Under the pieces are notes generated by a model, which did not search any database, was not told where the DNA came from, and was given only the letters and a program-made list of their open reading frames with translations. DNA of 64,000 bases from an uncultured bacterium. Lineage in GTDB: Bacteria; Methylomirabilota; Methylomirabilia; Methylomirabilales; CSP1-5. Both the position numbers and the translations under genes were made by a program. The stretch spans positions 6,494 to 70,493 of the forward strand of contig CAZLDS010000009.1 of the NCBI GenBank assembly GCA_964558395.1, in the 5' to 3' direction. Position 1 is the stretch's first letter; each line of letters opens with the position of its first letter. This document shows, piece after piece, positions 59,288 to 64,000 of the stretch.

Positions 59288-60098
59288 GGAGTCCGATCGA
59301 AGGACGAGAGTCTTCCGGATGAGAGAGAACCACAGAGAGATCGTCGCCAGAGAATTTGGCAAGCAGGCGCACCGCATTGGAGACCCCGATCATACCGTGG
59401 CGAGCCCGGTGCACCTGGGCTGGATGGTGGAGAATCTCGACCTGGAGTCACACTGGGCCGTGCTGGATGTAGCGGCCGGCACCGGGCTGCTCGGCCGGGC
59501 GATTGCTCCCTACGTGAAACACGTGATCGCAGTGGACGCGACCTCCGAAATGTTGCGCGAGGGGAGACGTCAGGCGGAACACGACGGCCTCGCCAACATT
59601 GTCTTTGAGCCGGGGCGTGCCGAGGCATTACCGTATCCGAACGATGCGTTTGATCTAGTCGTCAGTCGCTTTGCAATGCATCACTTTGAGGATCCACGCC
59701 TGCCGATGGCCCAGATGGTGCGCGTCTGTCGCCCCGGCGGAACCGTCGCCGTGATGGATTTGGTTGCCCCTCAGAACGAGATCGTGGCGCGGGCATATAA
59801 CCGCGTGGAACGCATGCGCGATCCCGCGCATTCGCGGGCGCTCTCGTTCGAGGAGTTGCGCACACTGGTCGGGAATGCAGGGTTGGACCTCGTGTATACC
59901 GTCTCCCGTGACGTCGAAGTCCGTGTCGATCGCTGGTGCGAATTGACGCAGACGGCACCCGACGTCCGCCGGGCCATTGTTGAGGCACTGACCCAAGAGC
60001 TCGAAGGTGCACCCACCTCGGGCATGCGCCCGTTTTACCGGGATAATGCGCTGATGTTTGTGCACACATGGGTTATCGTCGTTGGAGGGAAACCATGA
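59277..60098 (+). CDS. Class I SAM-dependent methyltransferase (UbiE-like)
   Basis: VLDVAAGTG, AEALPYPNDAFDLV, RVCRPGG; start may be 59319. Confidence 0.9.
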   Translation: MAIEESDRRTRVFRMRENHREIVAREFGKQAHRIGDPDHTVASPVHLGWMVENLDLESHWAVLDVAAGTGLLGRAIAPYVKHVIAVDATSEMLREGRRQAEHDGLANIVFEPGRAEALPYPNDAFDLVVSRFAMHHFEDPRLPMAQMVRVCRPGGTVAVMDLVAPQNEIVARAYNRVERMRDPAHSRALSFEELRTLVGNAGLDLVYTVSRDVEVRVDRWCELTQTAPDVRRAIVEALTQELEGAPTSGMRPFYRDNALMFVHTWVIVVGGKP

Positions 60099-60607
60099 AG
60101 ACATTCACCTCTCTGTTAGAAGAGGCGCTCGAGGGCTGGAGCGACGCCCGCCAGGGCTTGAGTGCGGAAGCCGAGAATATGCCAGCCAGACAGTTCGAAT
60201 TTCGCCCCACACCCACCGTCCGCAGCGTCAGAGAAGTCATCGTCCACATTCTTGAAGTGGCCATGATGATGACGGGTGAGCTGACGCGCGTGGACACAAA
60301 CTTTCACCGGGCGCCCTGGCCAAAGCTGCTCGGCATGTATGCGCGGCCGGCCCATCGGGTCAAGACCAAGGCCGATGTGGTGAAACTGCTCAAATCACAG
60401 TTCACGCAGGCCGAGAAGCAGTTTCGCAAGGCCGGTGAGCTGCACATGTTGCAGTTGATTGAGCGATTTGATGGAGAACTCGGGACGCGGCTGGCGTGGC
60501 TGCACCATGGGATTGCCCACGAAATGTATCACACGGGGCAATTGACCGTGTATCAGCGACTCATGGGGATCGAGCCCGCCCTCACAAAAAGGATCAGGGG
60601 AGGCTAG
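60095..60607 (+). CDS. DinB-family protein
   Basis: FRPTPTVRSVREVIVHI and HEMYHTGQL histidine motifs. Confidence 0.9.
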   Translation: MKTFTSLLEEALEGWSDARQGLSAEAENMPARQFEFRPTPTVRSVREVIVHILEVAMMMTGELTRVDTNFHRAPWPKLLGMYARPAHRVKTKADVVKLLKSQFTQAEKQFRKAGELHMLQLIERFDGELGTRLAWLHHGIAHEMYHTGQLTVYQRLMGIEPALTKRIRGG

Positions 60608-60696
60608 CGATGAGCGTGCCGAATCGCTGGTGGTGAGCCTCTGCCCTGAGCGCGTCGAAGGGCTGTCGAACCAGTAAATAGTCGAGAGGGCGACCA

Positions 60697-60835
60697 AAAT
60701 TTTGAAATTCGAATTTCGAATTTGGTAGGTCACCGGACTTCCGACGTCGGACCTGGGACGTTACAGCGAATTGCGGATTTCGGTTTTTTGAACTTCGGAC
60801 ATCGGACTTCGGACATCGTATCTCGGACCCTGGAC
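60697..60835. repeat. Heptamer tandem-repeat cluster between convergent genes
   Basis: AATTTTG/AAATTCG/AATTTCG and ACTTCGG/ACATCGG runs. Confidence 0.7.
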
Positions 60836-60836
60836 G

Positions 60837-61712
60837 TTATCCCCCGAGGAAGAGGCGGCCGACCTCGGGATCTCTGAGTAGGTCGCTGCCTTTGCCGGCC
60901 ATGGCGATTTCGCCCGAGACGAGCACATAGCCGATATCGGCGAACTCGAGCCCCTTCTTGGCGTTCTGTTCGACCATGACGATGGTCTTGCCGTGTCTGT
61001 GCTCCAGGTCGTCGAGCGCCTGGAAGACCATCTCGATGTACCGTGGCTCGAGGCCGATCGAGGGTTCATCCACCAGGAGGATCTGAGGATCCATGACCAG
61101 GGCCCGGGCGATTTCGAGCAGCCGCCGCTCGCCGCCCGAGAGGACCCCTGCCCGCAGGCGGCGCCGCTCCGCCAGCTGGGGATACTTTTCAAAGATGTTT
61201 TCCGCCGCCTCTCGCGCGTGGCGGGGAGTGTCCATCAGATATCCGCCCATCCACACGTTCTCCTCGACCGTCATGTCGGGAAACACGGAATTGTGCTGCA
61301 GCACATAGGCGATCCCGGCGGTCTTGAGCTTTTCGTTGGAACTGAGCCGGGTGATATCCTGTCCCCTGACTGTGATGGTCCCGCCCATGAGATTCGTGAA
61401 TCCGTAGATCGAGTGGAGGACCGTTGATTTGCCGGCGCCATTGGGGCCGATCAGGCACAAGGACTGGTTTGCGCCGACCTGCAGGTCGATCCCGTGGAGG
61501 ATCTCCATCTTCCCGTAACCGGCGACGAGGCCGTCGATCCTCAATATGGGGTCGGGCGCGGCGAGTTCCGTGATCTGTTCCCGCGTGGGTCCCTCCTCGA
61601 CGATACGGTCCGTGTCGGCAGGCATATCCTCGGGAAGGGACGCGGTCTCGCCGCGAGCGCCGCCGCGGCCGCGCCTTTGTGTGTCTTTATCGGCTGGGCC
61701 CTTTCCGTCCAT
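60837..61712 (-). CDS. livF: Branched-chain amino acid-type ABC ATPase (LivF-like) with N-terminal extension
   Basis: GPNGAGKST, LSGGERR, LVDEPSIGL, VEQN; ATG overlaps the livG stop. Confidence 0.9.
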   Translation of the reverse strand: MDGKGPADKDTQRRGRGGARGETASLPEDMPADTDRIVEEGPTREQITELAAPDPILRIDGLVAGYGKMEILHGIDLQVGANQSLCLIGPNGAGKSTVLHSIYGFTNLMGGTITVRGQDITRLSSNEKLKTAGIAYVLQHNSVFPDMTVEENVWMGGYLMDTPRHAREAAENIFEKYPQLAERRRLRAGVLSGGERRLLEIARALVMDPQILLVDEPSIGLEPRYIEMVFQALDDLEHRHGKTIVMVEQNAKKGLEFADIGYVLVSGEIAMAGKGSDLLRDPEVGRLFLGG

Positions 61713-62455
61713 CACCCGGCTCCGAGATACGCGTCGATCACGCGCTGATCGGTGCGGATCTGGTCGGGCGGGCCCTCGGCCAACAGCTGGCCGTGGGCCA
61801 GGCAGTAGATATGCGCGGCCAGATCCATGATCACCCGCATGTTGTGCTCGATGACGAACAAGGTAATTCCGATCTCGGAATTGATGTGCTTGAGCCGATC
61901 CATCAGGCTGTTGATCAGGACCGGATTGATCCCCGCCGTTGGCTCGTCGAGCAGGAGCACTTTCGGTTGGTTCATTAACGCCATCGCGAGTTCCAGGAGC
62001 TTCTGCTGGCCGAACGACAGCTCGCCCGCCCACAAGAAGCGTTTCGAGTAGAGCCCGACAAAGTCGAGGAGCCCTTCCGCCCGTTCGGTCACCGCCAGCG
62101 AGTGTTTCGCAAACATGGTGCGCAGCCCCTCATGGGTATGAGGGATGCTAATCTCCATGTTTTCCATGCAGCTCATTTTCCCATAGATGCGCGTCTGCTG
62201 GAAGGTGCGCAACAGCCCCATACGCGCGATGTCGGCCACCCGCAGTCGCGAAACCTCGCGCCCCTCGAACGTCACGGAGCCGCTGTCGATCGGATGGAAG
62301 CCGACAATCGAGTTGAATAGCGTGGTCTTCCCCGACCCGTTGGGCCCGATGAGGCCGGTGATACTCCCCCGAGGGACATTCAGGGTGATGTTGTTGTTGG
62401 CGATGACGCCCCCGAACGATTTGGTCACGGCGTTGACTTCGAGGATCGCGGTCAT
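61712..62455 (-). CDS. livG: ABC ATPase (LivG-like)
   Basis: GPNGSGKTT, RTFQ, LSFGQQK, LDEPTAG, VIDAYLG. Confidence 0.92.
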   Translation of the reverse strand: MTAILEVNAVTKSFGGVIANNNITLNVPRGSITGLIGPNGSGKTTLFNSIVGFHPIDSGSVTFEGREVSRLRVADIARMGLLRTFQQTRIYGKMSCMENMEISIPHTHEGLRTMFAKHSLAVTERAEGLLDFVGLYSKRFLWAGELSFGQQKLLELAMALMNQPKVLLLDEPTAGINPVLINSLMDRLKHINSEIGITLFVIEHNMRVIMDLAAHIYCLAHGQLLAEGPPDQIRTDQRVIDAYLGAG

Positions 62456-63507
62456 CAGCTGTCCCCCAGAGACACGGGTGCCGTCCGGGCCTCAACATCC
62501 ACCGTCTCGCCGAATTTCTCTGGCCACTTCGCGCGCAGCCACCCCATGATGCCGAGCGGGAAGAAAACGACAATAATGACAATCAACAGCCCCAGGGCCA
62601 CCCGCTGCCAGCCAAACAGGTAGGTCCAGAAGACCTCTTGTGTGATATGAAAGACCGTCGCCCCAATCACCGGGCCCCAAATCGTCCCCTTGCCTCCGAG
62701 GATCGCCATGAGCACCATCCAGACGCCAAAGGTGGCACCGGGAAACGCCACGTCCCGGTCGATAAAGTTGTTGAGATGCCCAAACGCGCCGCCCGCCAGA
62801 GCGAGGAAGAACGCCGCGACGCACCACGCCACGGTCTTGTACCGGGTAGTATGGATCCCCATCGCCTCGGCCTTGTCCTCGTCGTCGCGGATGGCGTTGA
62901 TGGCCAGGCCGAAACGGCCCGCGTAAAGCCACTTCAGCGCGAAAAAGCAGATTACAGCCAGCAGGAACAGGAAATAATAAAAGAAGACTCCGCGCATGTT
63001 CGCTTCGCCCGGAAATATTGGGGCGAGCATGCCGGAACCTGCGCCGATATATTCCCATCCGCTGGCAATCTCGCCCGCGGCGACCCCGAGACCAAGAGTG
63101 GCGATGGCGAAGTAGTGGCCCCGGAGCCCGAGGATACCTGATCCGAGCACCGCCGCGACGGCCACCGCCACGATCACGGCGAGTACCAAACCGAGGGTGA
63201 ATCCGGTGAAATACTGTGACTTTGTCAGCGTCTGCACCTCCTTAGTGACTGTGGCATACTCTGCGATGTGGCGGTACAGCCCGCGCTGCACCACGGCGGG
63301 AACGTAGCACCCGATCCCGAAAAATAGGATGTTGCCGAACGAGTTATAGCCCATCTGCCCGCCGCAAAGATCCCACGTGAGGGAAAAGAGGATCATCATC
63401 CAGAGGAGCGAAAGCTGGACCATGTATCCCGGGGCGATAAGAGGGGCGGCCAATCCGGCCAGGCCGATCAGGGCGTAGGGCAGCAGATTCCGGGTGCGAT
63501 CCGTCAT
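62455..63507 (-). CDS. livM: ABC permease (LivM-like)
   Basis: LRGHYFAIATL, AIRDDEDKAEAMGI, ILGGKGTIWGP. Confidence 0.92.
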   Translation of the reverse strand: MTDRTRNLLPYALIGLAGLAAPLIAPGYMVQLSLLWMMILFSLTWDLCGGQMGYNSFGNILFFGIGCYVPAVVQRGLYRHIAEYATVTKEVQTLTKSQYFTGFTLGLVLAVIVAVAVAAVLGSGILGLRGHYFAIATLGLGVAAGEIASGWEYIGAGSGMLAPIFPGEANMRGVFFYYFLFLLAVICFFALKWLYAGRFGLAINAIRDDEDKAEAMGIHTTRYKTVAWCVAAFFLALAGGAFGHLNNFIDRDVAFPGATFGVWMVLMAILGGKGTIWGPVIGATVFHITQEVFWTYLFGWQRVALGLLIVIIVVFFPLGIMGWLRAKWPEKFGETVDVEARTAPVSLGDS

Positions 63508-64000
63508 TTGAGGTACTTCCGCTGGCGGCTCAACTGGAAATTCCGCACCAAAAGAATGACAACCAGGAGAGAAAAGACGAAGGCGGCCTGATATTCAGTG
63601 CCCAGGATAAAGCCGGCAAAATTCTCGGCCGCGCCCAACCCGAGGCTGGCAAAGATCACGCCCACGATGCTGCCCAGCCCGGCGACGATCACGATCATAA
63701 ACGAGCGTAGGGTATAAGCCAGCCCCAGGTACGGGTGGATGACCCAGGTCATGACCACCAGGCTGCCAGCCGCACCGCAGATGGCTGCGTTCACCGCAAA
63801 GGTCATGGCATAGACGCGGTCGGTGTTGACGCCCATGATCCGGGCGGCGCGGGCGTTTTGTGCGGTAGCTCGGATCGCTTGCCCAAGACGGGACTTCTTG
63901 AGAAAAAGAAACAAGGCCGCGCCGATAATCAAGGCGGCGACGAACCCGACCACCTTGATCTCGGCTACGGTGATCATCCCGTCAGCAAAGAACCGCGTGC
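63504..64000 (-). CDS. livH: ABC permease (LivH-like), 5' part outside the window
   Basis: SRLGQAIRATAQN..AARIMGVN, AGLGS. Confidence 0.88.
   Translation of the reverse strand, partial: TRFFADGMITVAEIKVVGFVAALIIGAALFLFLKKSRLGQAIRATAQNARAARIMGVNTDRVYAMTFAVNAAICGAAGSLVVMTWVIHPYLGLAYTLRSFMIVIVAGLGSIVGVIFASLGLGAAENFAGFILGTEYQAAFVFSLLVVILLVRNFQLSRQRKYLK

Noticed and set aside
57803-60835. CRISPR array
   Set aside because: The repeats are degenerate 7-mers without unique spacers, and there are no cas genes in the window
61550-61712. N-terminal extension of LivF as a novel domain
   Set aside because: It is short, charged and low-complexity, probably disordered, and the start codon is uncertain

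Overview
GC-rich chromosomal segment from a bacterium that probably has an outer membrane (lineage not determined from sequence). Housekeeping and accessory blocks include tRNA-Sec with selB; lon, hsp20, a P1 peptidase and tatA; a CoA-transferase with a MaoC dehydratase; a GldA/F/G plus DUF4340-type ABC exporter; prpD; pdxA; zwf-opcA-glk-ppa; a PAS/GAF sigma54 activator with a divergent target operon; a MarR-led FeS/SCP2 operon; trxA, htrA and prmA; a TetR-RND pump; DUF5752-like plus treT; MATE; and a liv-type ABC importer. Three decayed tyrosine-integrase elements are present: at the tRNA-Sec 3' end, upstream of tRNA-Val, and inside the 3' end of treT with a 26-bp att duplication. The best candidate for an undescribed system is a minus-strand operon (52372-57741) behind a sigma54-type promoter. 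It encodes an Amt ammonium transporter with an extra C-terminal domain and no adjacent glnK, a flotillin, an ANTAR antiterminator whose receiver lacks the phospho-Asp, a twin-hexaloop ANTAR RNA overlapping a terminator, and an outer-membrane porin-like gene. Also notable are a 427-bp element closed by a perfect 50-bp inverted repeat, a candidate island sRNA, and several unannotated microproteins. Family names come from motif recognition by eye, not database searches.
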